A stretch of DNA of 50,975 nt from contig JAYOYH010000019.1 of NCBI GenBank assembly GCA_038153405.1, forward strand, positions 1 through 50,975, written 5' to 3'. This DNA is from Gemmatimonadota bacterium. GTDB lineage: Bacteria > Latescibacterota > UBA2968 > UBA8231. The notes beneath the pieces are model-generated. The model was not told the DNA's origin and searched no databases. It worked only from the letters and a program-made list of their open reading frames with translations. Both the position numbers and the translations under genes were made by a program. Positions 1 to 8,431 of the stretch are shown in pieces. Position 1 is the stretch's first letter. Every line of letters starts with the position of its first letter.

Positions 1-516
1 ACCGTCGAGCTGGCCCGCTGTTTGGGCAGCAATTCCGTGCGCGTATTTCCCTTTAGAGCGCCGGATTCTGCCGCTTTGGATCCGAGCCAGTTCGACCAAT
101 ACTTTGCGCACATTATCGACCGCTGGGGGCCGTGGGTAGAATGGGCTGCCGAGAGCGGCGTCGCGCTGTGCTTTGAGTGGGTGACCCGGACCATAGTGCT
201 CACGTCGGCGCAGATCCGCCGCGTTATCGACGCACTTGGTGCACCAGAACACGTAGGGGCGATCTGGGAGATCGACGTGTCGGCGCAGGCAGGGGAAGAT
301 CCGACCGAGGGCTACGGACATATTCGAGGGCTCATCCGCGATGTGCACATAAAGCGCTTTGGTGCCGGTGCGACGCGCGCGCAGTATCTGAGCGCGATGC
401 AGCTGCTGCAGCGCGATGGGTATAAGGGGCCGCTTACCATAGAGCATTGGGGCGGCGAGGAAGAAACGCTCGAAGGCATAGATTCCGTGCGCGCGCTGCT
501 GGGTGAAATCGAATGA
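1..516 (+). CDS. Sugar phosphate isomerase/epimerase (AP-endonuclease-2 TIM barrel), 5'-truncated by the window
   Basis: Frame open from base 1. Motifs LCFE, DVHIK and GYKGPLTIEHW are typical of xylose-isomerase-like TIM barrels. Confidence 0.75.
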   Translation, partial: TVELARCLGSNSVRVFPFRAPDSAALDPSQFDQYFAHIIDRWGPWVEWAAESGVALCFEWVTRTIVLTSAQIRRVIDALGAPEHVGAIWEIDVSAQAGEDPTEGYGHIRGLIRDVHIKRFGAGATRAQYLSAMQLLQRDGYKGPLTIEHWGGEEETLEGIDSVRALLGEIE

Positions 517-550
517 GTCGTTCGCGTGGCGTTAATGGGGAGAATAGCCG

Positions 551-1582
551 ATGCTGGCTGCCGTACTGAAGGAATTCGATAATTTAGTATTGGAAGACGT
601 GCCGATGCCCGAACCCGGTTTGGGCGAGGTCGTCGTGAAAATAAAGAGCTGCGGCTTTTGCGCGACGGATTACAAGGCGATAAAGGGCATTCGCCGCAAT
701 GTGACCTTTCCGCTCATTCCCGGACACGAGCCGTCGGGCATTGTTGCAGCGGTGGGAGCCGGCGTGCGCCACGTGGCCGAAGGCGATGCAGTGATCTGTC
801 AGCCATCGGGCTTTTGCGGGGCCTGCGCTCACTGCAAGGTCGGCAATACGCACTACTGCGACCGCGCCTTTACCACCGGCGGCGACGGTCCCGAAGACGT
901 GTGGCCCGGTGCCTTTGCCGAATACATGAAAACCACTGAGAGCTGTCTGCTGCACAAGCCCGATTCGATCGGCTTTGATGCAGCGGCGCTGACCGAACCC
1001 CTGTCGGGGGCGTGGAAGGGGTTGATAGGGCACAGCGAAATGCAGGTGGGCGACGACGTCGTCATTATCGGCGTAGGCGGCATAGGGCTGCTGTGTCTGA
1101 TGGTGGCGCGTGCGGCCGGAGCAGGGCGACTGATCGCCATTGACCCAAGTGCTTACGCTCGCGCTAATGCGCAGAAACTGGGCGCCACGCACGTGGTCGA
1201 TCCACAGGCCGGCGACCCACGCGAGCAGGTCTACGACATTATTCCCGGTGGACCGGACCTCGTCGTTGAAGCAGCCGGCCCCATCGCCGCGGTCGAACTG
1301 ATGGCCGCGCTGCGCCGTCGCGGCACGCGCTGGAATGTCTTTGGTATCACCACGCACGAGACGTTCGCGCTGGACGGTGGGCTAACGCATTTTCTCGAGG
1401 GGCGCATGGATGCCAGCTTTGGCACGAATCCGGCAGCGATGCAGCGCGCTATACGCCTGATGGAGTCGGGGCTGGTCGACACCGAGGCCATTATTAGCCA
1501 TCGCTTCCGTCTGAGCGAAATACACCAAGCAATTGACGTCATGGGGCAACCCGAGCGCAACAAGGTGATGATTCAGATATGA
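551..1582 (+). CDS. Zn-dependent medium-chain alcohol/polyol dehydrogenase
   Basis: C..D and GHE catalytic-Zn motifs, CGACAHC..C structural Zn site, GVGGIG Rossmann motif; GGGAG RBS upstream. Confidence 0.92.
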   Translation: MLAAVLKEFDNLVLEDVPMPEPGLGEVVVKIKSCGFCATDYKAIKGIRRNVTFPLIPGHEPSGIVAAVGAGVRHVAEGDAVICQPSGFCGACAHCKVGNTHYCDRAFTTGGDGPEDVWPGAFAEYMKTTESCLLHKPDSIGFDAAALTEPLSGAWKGLIGHSEMQVGDDVVIIGVGGIGLLCLMVARAAGAGRLIAIDPSAYARANAQKLGATHVVDPQAGDPREQVYDIIPGGPDLVVEAAGPIAAVELMAALRRRGTRWNVFGITTHETFALDGGLTHFLEGRMDASFGTNPAAMQRAIRLMESGLVDTEAIISHRFRLSEIHQAIDVMGQPERNKVMIQI

Positions 1583-2649
1583 GCGATAAAATGAATTCGC
1601 GCGTCGCCGAGTTCGTGCGCGCCCATCCACTGTGTGATATGCTGGGGCTCAATTTGACCCACCCGCGCTTTGCCATTGATCACATCGATCTGGGCCAGCG
1701 CGATGACAGCACCTGTCGCGGCGATTTTGTGAAGTTTGCCGAATGGGGTCTGCGCGTGGTTATGTGCAAGGGCGGGCCGGTGCTCTTCGACGATAATTTT
1801 GCCGCCCTGTGGCCGCACCAGCCCGAGCGGCGGCCGGGGCGCGCCCAGCCTGAACCGCTGTATCTTTCCTCCGCGTTTAAAAATCCCACGCAGGTCGTGC
1901 TGGCGCTGCTCGACCGCTTTTTGGGCGATGTCGAAGCACATCCGGACAAGGTGCGGCTAGTCCATACGGCAGCAGATTTGGACGCCGCCGCACGCGATGG
2001 GGTTGTTGCACTGCTGATGGGGTCGAACCGCGCCGATTGGTTTGGCGACGTGCCGGGCGTCCTGCGCATGGCTGCTCGTTTGGGCCTGCGCATGATTACG
2101 CTGAATAGTTCGGGGCGCGAACTGGGCTGGGACGGCCACGATATCGCCCAGGGCAGTGGCGGTTTGAGCGCATTGGGTGCACGGCTCATCGACGAGATGA
2201 ATCGCTCGGGTATCCTGATTGATCTGGCCCATACCAACGAAACGAGTGCGCTCGATATCATAGCGCATTCGCAGAGGCCGGTGATCGATAGCCATTCGAA
2301 CCCGCGCGCGTTAGAAGAGTCGACGCGCAACACGTCGGATGCGGTGATGAGGGCGCTGGCCGATAGGGGTGGGTTATTGGGATTGGTGCCGGCTATTGCT
2401 CGCCCACAAGGGGAGCGTCCCTACGCGGGCGTTGATGCCGACCAACTGGCCGGCGTCGTTCGGCACATCGACTACGCGGTGAAGTTGATGGGGATTGAGA
2501 GCGTCGGCATTGGCACGCACTTTAATTCAGCCTGCCTGCCGTGGCTGATCGATGCCGTGCTGCAGGCCGGGTATGCAGAGGCCGACGCGGCTAAAATTTT
2601 TGGTGGAAACTACCTGCGCGTTTTGCGCGCCGTGCTACCAGCTCAGTAG
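1579..2649 (+). CDS. Membrane/renal dipeptidase (peptidase M19)-like amidohydrolase with divergent active site
   Basis: GLSALGARLIDEMNRSGILIDLAH, PVIDSHSNPRAL, RN.SD, HIDYAV.L.G...VGIG and KIFGGNYLRV motifs; ATGA overlap with the upstream gene. Confidence 0.85.
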   Translation: MSDKMNSRVAEFVRAHPLCDMLGLNLTHPRFAIDHIDLGQRDDSTCRGDFVKFAEWGLRVVMCKGGPVLFDDNFAALWPHQPERRPGRAQPEPLYLSSAFKNPTQVVLALLDRFLGDVEAHPDKVRLVHTAADLDAAARDGVVALLMGSNRADWFGDVPGVLRMAARLGLRMITLNSSGRELGWDGHDIAQGSGGLSALGARLIDEMNRSGILIDLAHTNETSALDIIAHSQRPVIDSHSNPRALEESTRNTSDAVMRALADRGGLLGLVPAIARPQGERPYAGVDADQLAGVVRHIDYAVKLMGIESVGIGTHFNSACLPWLIDAVLQAGYAEADAAKIFGGNYLRVLRAVLPAQ

Positions 2650-2667
2650 GATGCGTTGGCTATCGCG

Positions 2668-3342
2668 CTAGTAGTGTTCTATGAGGAAGCGCACTGGAAC
2701 GGGTAGAATATGCAGCCAGGCCTTCTTGACGTCTTCTCCGTACTGTGGGTCAAATCGGGCGATGGATGCGATCATGCAGCGGAGAAAGTGTTGATACAAT
2801 AGGGGGTGAACGTTTGCCTTTGAGCGCGAATGCAGCGTTGCCACGCTTTCCAAACGCGCGCGCAGCGTGTCTGGTTGAGCCGCGTTGGCCAGTAGAAAGA
2901 CGAGGGTAGCAATAACTTTTTTCTTTATATCCGCTATGTCGTGCTGCCTTGATTCAAAGATGTGTTTGACGAGCTGTTCTTCTAGTAGCATTTCGTAGAA
3001 ATGATCAATCATGCTGGTGTGCATGCAGCGCTCAAGGCTGGCCTTGGCGATCTGTATTGCCTGCTCGTTAAAATTCAAACTCTCGTTGGGATCGAGCGGT
3101 CGCTCTTCGCGTATGCTCCATGTAGTCAAAAGGTCTACAAAAGGGCGGTGTATGTCAGCGGCGCACAGCATGCAAACAGGTTGGTTATTGCCCGTATCGC
3201 ATATGTAAAAATCGATATCCATAACGAAAGGGTTTCTACAGCGATTGCACGACCTTTCCGTCTGCTTTTCGCCAACCACGATAGACAGGGTAGGCGATTG
3301 ACTGAATAGGTCGACGATGTCACTCATACGGTTGGACTCCAT
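2668..3342 (-). CDS. Globin-domain protein with N-terminal CxxC-x21-CxxC module (alternative start 3327)
   Basis: C-terminal SLERC..FYE..F..H(F8)SRSKANVHPLLYQHF..FDPQY..KKAW globin pattern; N-terminal CNRC...CMLC. Confidence 0.75.
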   Translation of the reverse strand: MESNRMSDIVDLFSQSPTLSIVVGEKQTERSCNRCRNPFVMDIDFYICDTGNNQPVCMLCAADIHRPFVDLLTTWSIREERPLDPNESLNFNEQAIQIAKASLERCMHTSMIDHFYEMLLEEQLVKHIFESRQHDIADIKKKVIATLVFLLANAAQPDTLRARLESVATLHSRSKANVHPLLYQHFLRCMIASIARFDPQYGEDVKKAWLHILPVPVRFLIEHY

Positions 3343-3372
3343 TGCTGCAATAGTGCGCAGATGCCGACCTAA

Positions 3373-3728
3373 TTAGGGACGGGGACGATAGAATGTCAAT
3401 GCATTGCGGTCGGGATCGTAGAGGGCAAATTCGCGCGTGCCCCATGCGGTGTCCTGCAGTCCGCTTGGATTGCACTCGACGCCGCGCTGTGCATATTCTG
3501 CAAAGAGCGCGTCGGGATCTTCTATCCTGAAGCGCAGGCGGATGCAGCTCATTTCGTGCGGATACTGAAACTGCATGTGCAACTCGACGGTATCGCGCCG
3601 AAAATCGACGTCGTTGGGGTTATTGCTATTACCGGAAAAAGCGAGAGCAAAACCTAGATCGCGGGTGTCGAAGGCGATGGCGATGGCGCGTCGCGCGTGC
3701 CGACGATGGGCGGAACTAAGATGAACAT
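3373..3728 (-). pseudogene. VOC/glyoxalase-bleomycin-resistance family gene with apparent 1-nt frameshift near 3689
   Basis: C-terminal frame has LRFRIEDPDALF and DTAWGTREFALYDPDRNALTF. The family-like N-terminus MFILVPPIVGTRD (ATG 3728) lies in another frame. Confidence 0.6.
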
Positions 3729-3796
3729 TGGACGGTGCTATGGGTGGGCAGACTGCGGAGATCGGGTCGTGCAGCAACGGCTAAATGGTTCATCTA

Positions 3797-4135
3797 TCAA
3801 CCGCGGCGGCGAATGCTTTTGCCTTCTTTTTCCTGCTTCTCTTCATCTTCTTTGCGCATTTCTTCTAGATCGATCTTGGTGAGCTTTTCAAAGTAATCGC
3901 GCAGCATTTTTTCTTCGTCGCGCAGCGGGGAGGTCAATTCCTGCAGTTGCTCTATGCTGGGCTTGCGCGCGGCGGATCGCTCGCGCAGTACCGACAGAGC
4001 GCCGTTTATCTTGGCCAATTTAGGACGCAGTCGCGCCGCTTCGCTCGAAAAGCCAGCCATGATGCGGATGGACATGCCGAGTGCGCCAAGGCATACAAAC
4101 CCGGCGATCAAATTTGTGTCGAGTAAAGATTCCAC
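3797..4135 (-). CDS. Hypothetical protein with N-terminal TM helix and coiled coil
   Basis: LIAGFVCLGALGMSI hydrophobic segment followed by a charged helical region. Confidence 0.65.
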   Translation of the reverse strand: MESLLDTNLIAGFVCLGALGMSIRIMAGFSSEAARLRPKLAKINGALSVLRERSAARKPSIEQLQELTSPLRDEEKMLRDYFEKLTKIDLEEMRKEDEEKQEKEGKSIRRRG

Positions 4136-4558
4136 TTGACGTCCACAGAAAAAAGGATTCGGGCCCTTTTATACACTAAATAAAGTAAAAAAAGTTTTAA
4201 TTGCCACATAAGTTCATCGATCGGTAAAAGTCGATGGATGCGGCAGGGGTCGATGTCCAACAGGCCAACGGCTGTGCGCGGTTCCGTGCGATTGGCCAGT
4301 CGCTCAACTGCCCATTGTGCCGTTCCTACTTATTTTATCGGCCAGTTGGCAAAAATGCCCACTCCCAGCGCACGCGGAGCATCGCCGCGGTGAAATTAGG
4401 ATTGATTTGTATTGACGTATGTTTAATTTTTTTAAATGTTTATGTCCCTTTGGGGTCTCGGCAGATGGCGTTGCCCATATCCGTTGTTGTGGTTGGGGGT
4501 GCCAGAGATGGTTGCGCTCGTGCCGTCACCGAAAACTCGTTGAGGAAAAGACCAGTAT

Positions 4559-4798
4559 ATGCCGCGAATAGATGTGAAGGCGCTAGAGCAGGTAATGCGG
4601 CGCCACAATTTTCTCTTTAAACATCAGATTGCCAACCTCGTCGGCATTAGCTATGATCGCCTGACCCAGATTATCGTGGAAGGTAAGTGCGAAGTAGAGG
4701 AAGATATTGTCGAGCGCCTGTGTGCGGGATTGGAGTGTCGGCGCGAGGAAATCATAGTCCGTGACGATGAGAGTGGTGAAGTAGGCGAGGGGCCTTGA
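4559..4798 (+). CDS. Small Cro/C1 (XRE)-like helix-turn-helix protein
   Basis: KHQIANLVGISYDRLTQII...VERLCAGLECRREEII fits the XRE/HTH_26 pattern; GAGG upstream; 4-nt overlap with rsmE. Confidence 0.65.
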   Translation: MPRIDVKALEQVMRRHNFLFKHQIANLVGISYDRLTQIIVEGKCEVEEDIVERLCAGLECRREEIIVRDDESGEVGEGP

Positions 4799-5508
4799 AT
4801 ATCATTCTCTTTGAGGAGTGCGAGTTGGAGCGGCCCCTGCCTCTCGACGATGCGCGCGCCGTGCACGTGTTGGGCGTGATGGGCTGCAATGAGGGCGATC
4901 GCTTTGACGTGGGGTTGGTCGATGGACCGCGCGGCAAAGCGCGCATCGTCGCCGTGGACAAGCGCGGTCTGACGCTCGACGTTCACTTTGGTCCCGACGT
5001 GCCGCAGCTCTACCCGGTGGAAATGGTCATTGGCCTGCCGCGTCCGCCCAGCGCGCGCCGGATCCTAAAAGACCTCACTGCGCAGGGCGTGGGAAGGATG
5101 CATTTCGTCGCTACGGATAAGGGCGAGAAATCCTATTTAAACAGCCGGCTGTGGAGCGGTGGCGAATATCAGCGCCTGCTGCGCGAAGGCGCGGAACAGG
5201 CCTTTTGCACGCATCTGCCCGAGGTCGTGTTGCACGATTCGCTCGCTGACTGCATCGACCATTTGCCCCAGGGTGAGCGACTGGCGCTCGACAATTACGA
5301 AGCGGAGATTTCGCTTGGAGCACACCAGGGCACTGCGATGCGCTACATTCTGGCCGTGGGGTCTGAACGCGGCTGGTCGGCGCGCGAGCGCGACGCGCTG
5401 CGCTCGGCGGAGTTCGTCCTCGTAGGTCTGGGCCAGCGGGTGCTCAAGACCGAAACGGCGTGCATCGTCGGTCTGGCTTTGGTATTGGAAAAATTGGGCG
5501 CTTACTGA
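4795..5508 (+). CDS. rsmE: 16S rRNA m3U1498 methyltransferase
   Basis: HV..V, EGAEQA, VGSERGWS and LGQRVLKTETA SPOUT motifs; TTG start. Confidence 0.9.
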   Translation: MNIILFEECELERPLPLDDARAVHVLGVMGCNEGDRFDVGLVDGPRGKARIVAVDKRGLTLDVHFGPDVPQLYPVEMVIGLPRPPSARRILKDLTAQGVGRMHFVATDKGEKSYLNSRLWSGGEYQRLLREGAEQAFCTHLPEVVLHDSLADCIDHLPQGERLALDNYEAEISLGAHQGTAMRYILAVGSERGWSARERDALRSAEFVLVGLGQRVLKTETACIVGLALVLEKLGAY

Positions 5509-5538
5509 GCGGGATTACTCTTCGCTCAGCGAAGGATC
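5505..5538. repeat. Short palindromic element with two mutually exclusive hairpins
   Basis: CTGAGCG(5505)...CGCTCAG(5529) overlaps CTTCGCT-C-AGCGAAG (5520-5534). Confidence 0.45.
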
Positions 5539-5594
5539 GGGCGGTGCTGCGCGTGCTGCCAAAGGGAAACGACAACAGGAGGAGATCAACAGCG

Positions 5595-5996
5595 ATGACG
5601 GAAAAATACAGCGTGAAGGAATGTTTTGCACAGCCGCCGGAAAACCACGGGCATCCCGGCAGCATTTCGCGGGTGATCGTCGGACCCCACGCGCGCCGCG
5701 CCGATCGCCCCGCCGCGCTCGATAGCGAGCGACTGGTCATCCACACCAACGAATACGAGCCGGGCGGTCTATCGGGCGATGGCCACTCACATTCCGATCA
5801 GGAGCAGGCGTTTTACATCTTGGAGGGGGAGATGGAAGTAGACGTCGGCGATGAGACCTATCAACTGGGGCCCGGCGACTGCGTCTTGTTGCCGCGCGAC
5901 GTATTTCACAAGCATCGCAATATCGGCGATAAACCGCTCAAATTCCTCTTTATCAGCGCCATGTTGGGCGCGGGGCCGCCGCCGGGTGGTCGTTAA
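5595..5996 (+). CDS. Cupin-domain protein
   Basis: HSHSDQEQAFYILEGE and GDCVLLPRDVFH cupin motifs; AGGAGG RBS before ATG 5595. Confidence 0.88.
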   Translation: MTEKYSVKECFAQPPENHGHPGSISRVIVGPHARRADRPAALDSERLVIHTNEYEPGGLSGDGHSHSDQEQAFYILEGEMEVDVGDETYQLGPGDCVLLPRDVFHKHRNIGDKPLKFLFISAMLGAGPPPGGR

Positions 5997-6038
5997 GTTA
6001 GGCGTGCTGTGTGCGCGCACAGGCAAAAGGAGCATTCA

Positions 6039-6629
6039 GTGCAAAAGACGAGCTGGCAATTAGACTCCATTGAGCGTTTGGGCGCTATCGCACTGCGGGC
6101 CGAAGGGCAGCCACGGCTCGTGGAGGCGCCGCGCGGACGGGCGGTAGAGTTTGCGGGTGCATCCGACGGGCTCTTTGCCCAAGTCAATCCGCTGGAGGGC
6201 CTGCAGGCATTTACGATTGAAATTCTCTTCCGCCCCGACCCGGGTGGACTGGCCGAGCAGCGCTTTTTTCACGCGGGCAGTGCCAGCGGTGATCGCGCGC
6301 TGTTTGAAACGCGCTTAAATAGCAGTGGAGAATGGTATTTAGATACGTTTATAAGCTCCGGTGACTCGCACTGCACGCTGCTAAATGAGGGCTTTCTTCA
6401 CCCACTGGGGCGCTGGTACCACCTGGCAATGAGCTGCGATGGCAGTGAGCAGATCAACTACGTCGACGGTCACTTGGAGCGGCGCGGTCCCGTCGACCTG
6501 ACCCCAATGGACGCCGGCGAGCTGTCCATCGGCGTCCGTCTGAATCGCGTTTGCTGGTTTAAGGGAGCCATTGCCGAGGTGCACCTGACCGCGAGCGCCG
6601 TCGGCCCGGAGCACTTCAGTTTGCACTAG
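6039..6629 (+). CDS. Stand-alone LamG/concanavalin-A-like domain protein
   Basis: FTIEILF, RWYHLAMS.DG...NYVDG and FKGAIAEV motifs; AAGGAG before GTG 6039. Confidence 0.8.
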   Translation: MQKTSWQLDSIERLGAIALRAEGQPRLVEAPRGRAVEFAGASDGLFAQVNPLEGLQAFTIEILFRPDPGGLAEQRFFHAGSASGDRALFETRLNSSGEWYLDTFISSGDSHCTLLNEGFLHPLGRWYHLAMSCDGSEQINYVDGHLERRGPVDLTPMDAGELSIGVRLNRVCWFKGAIAEVHLTASAVGPEHFSLH

Positions 6630-6672
6630 CCCGATATCGGGCAACGAATGGCTTTTAGCCGGCGAGGCAAGG

Positions 6673-6960
6673 ATGGGAAAAGGGCGCGGCAGACATCGCT
6701 CGACCGATAAGGAAGGCCGGCGCACGATCGACGCGATAGAGCGCATTCCCGGGGTCGAGGCTGTAATTATCAGCCGCTCTATCGGCGGCAAGTGCATCGG
6801 TCGGTCGCGCGCTGTGGGCGACTTTAAGCTGCAGGGCGAAATGCCTGGCGGCTTTCGCGGCGTGCTGCAGACCTCCAAGGGCATACAAGAGCTGTTTATC
6901 CGCGTGCGCGAGCCCGGTAATGAAGCCGTGCGGCGTCAGTTGGCAGCGCAGTCGGTGTAG
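6673..6960 (+). CDS. DUF2103-like small basic protein
   Basis: H.ST...I..IPGV..VI and GGFRGVLQTSKGIQELFI pattern. Confidence 0.55.
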   Translation: MGKGRGRHRSTDKEGRRTIDAIERIPGVEAVIISRSIGGKCIGRSRAVGDFKLQGEMPGGFRGVLQTSKGIQELFIRVREPGNEAVRRQLAAQSV

Positions 6961-6969
6961 CGCGCCTAC

Positions 6970-7569
6970 TCAGCGCCCCCGCTTTATCTGGCCCCAACGG
7001 GCAAATTCCACTGCGCTGGGGCGGTCGACTAATCGGCTAAAGACCATGTCGCGGGCGGCAGAGGGGAAAGAGATAACGATGTCGCCCGGCACCTCGAGCA
7101 CGACGAGTTCGGAAAGCGTTAGCTGCGCGCCGTCGGACGATAGGGTATAGCGGCGAAACTGCGGGCCGAAATTGCCGCGTATGTACTGAAAGCTGTTGAG
7201 CAGCGCGTCGTAGTTAATCTGCTCGTTGGGCTGCAGGCGGATAACGGCAAAGGTACCTTTGGCTACCTCGGGGTCGACGAAGAGCCCGGCCTGCCAGGTC
7301 GATAGGATGCTTGTGTAGGGGGTAGACGGCTCGGCGACGGGATCGCGCGAAAAGTAGCTGTGCTGCGCGCGGCCGTCGGCATCGAGCTTGATGACCTGCC
7401 AGAATGGGCGCGGCAGCTGGTCGGGCTGCGCGAAATAGAACGCGTTGATCCAGCGCCCCGCCAGCTGTGCCGGCTGTTGTGCTGGCGTGGCGGGCGAAAA
7501 GCCCGGATCCTGCGCCCAGAGCGGCCACGGGGTCAATGCGATGGCCAACAGGGCAATTAAGCGCGTCAT
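6970..7569 (-). CDS. Secreted hypothetical protein with C-terminal SAVE-x3-WGQIK motif
   Basis: Signal peptide MTRLIALLAIALTPWPLWA; C-terminus PSAVEFARWGQIKRGR. Confidence 0.8.
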   Translation of the reverse strand: MTRLIALLAIALTPWPLWAQDPGFSPATPAQQPAQLAGRWINAFYFAQPDQLPRPFWQVIKLDADGRAQHSYFSRDPVAEPSTPYTSILSTWQAGLFVDPEVAKGTFAVIRLQPNEQINYDALLNSFQYIRGNFGPQFRRYTLSSDGAQLTLSELVVLEVPGDIVISFPSAARDMVFSRLVDRPSAVEFARWGQIKRGR

Positions 7570-7641
7570 GCGTGCGTCCTATAACGGTCGAGGGTGCTGT
7601 GGTGAAGAATATATGCAAAAGGCTCCACACCGCTAAACATC

Positions 7642-8331
7642 ATGGCCAATGAGAAGGTGAGTTGCGCGCGTGCGCTTATCGTTGGCAATGGCGAGAAGCC
7701 GTCGTCTGCCTTGTGGAACGAACTCATGGTGGATCAGCCGATCGTGCTGTGCGCCGATGGGGGTGCCAATTGGGTTTGGCAGTGCGGGGTCGTGCCCCAT
7801 GCGGTGGTTGGCGATCTCGATTCCATTGCGCCGTCCGTGCGCGCGCAGATCCCCGTCGAGCGCCTGGTGCAGGTCGATGCCGACAATACGGGCTCGGACG
7901 TGCAGAAAGTGCTGCGTTATGCAACGGATATGGGCGTTCAGGCGGCGACGTTGGTGGGCTTTACGGGCGGGCGGAGCGACCATTGGCTGTGGAATTTGAG
8001 CATGCTCAAGGCGTTTGCAGCGTCCATCGCTCTGCGCGTGATCGACGACTATTGTGAGATGCGTTTGGTATCGGGTACACTGCGACTGCGCGCCGCGGTG
8101 GGCCAGAAAATTTCCCTCACGCCGCTTGGCGGTCCAGCAGAGGAAATTGAGACGCGCGGCCTTCGTTTTGCCCTACGCGGCGAGTCGTTGGAACTGGGCG
8201 TGCGCGATGGCATTTCCAACGAGGTCGTAGACAATCCAGTCGAAATACGGGTAGGTCGAGGGGATTTGCTCGTCGTGGTGCAGCGCGAGGGCCTGCTAGC
8301 GCCCGTGGAGTGGGAGGCATCCCACTTCTGA
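7642..8331 (+). CDS. thiN: Thiamine diphosphokinase
   Basis: CADGGAN, VVGDLDSI, GGRSDH..N and GISNE motifs. Confidence 0.93.
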   Translation: MANEKVSCARALIVGNGEKPSSALWNELMVDQPIVLCADGGANWVWQCGVVPHAVVGDLDSIAPSVRAQIPVERLVQVDADNTGSDVQKVLRYATDMGVQAATLVGFTGGRSDHWLWNLSMLKAFAASIALRVIDDYCEMRLVSGTLRLRAAVGQKISLTPLGGPAEEIETRGLRFALRGESLELGVRDGISNEVVDNPVEIRVGRGDLLVVVQREGLLAPVEWEASHF

Positions 8332-8378
8332 ACAGCGGCTAACCATATTATTTAAGACTTGTTGGATTTGATCCGGTT

Positions 8379-8387
8379 TGTTATAAT
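8379..8387 (+). promoter_or_regulatory. Extended -10 promoter for the 877-aa gene
   Basis: TGTTATAAT (TGn-TATAAT) in an AT-rich gap 45 nt before ATG 8432. Confidence 0.55.
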
Positions 8388-8431
8388 GTTTGACCACTTT
8401 TTCTGAGCACGTTTCTTAGCTCCAGGTACCT

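Noticed and set aside
4234..4620. 128-aa ORF across the AT-rich intergenic region
   Set aside because: It crosses promoter-like sequence, overlaps the HTH gene, and has no recognisable features.
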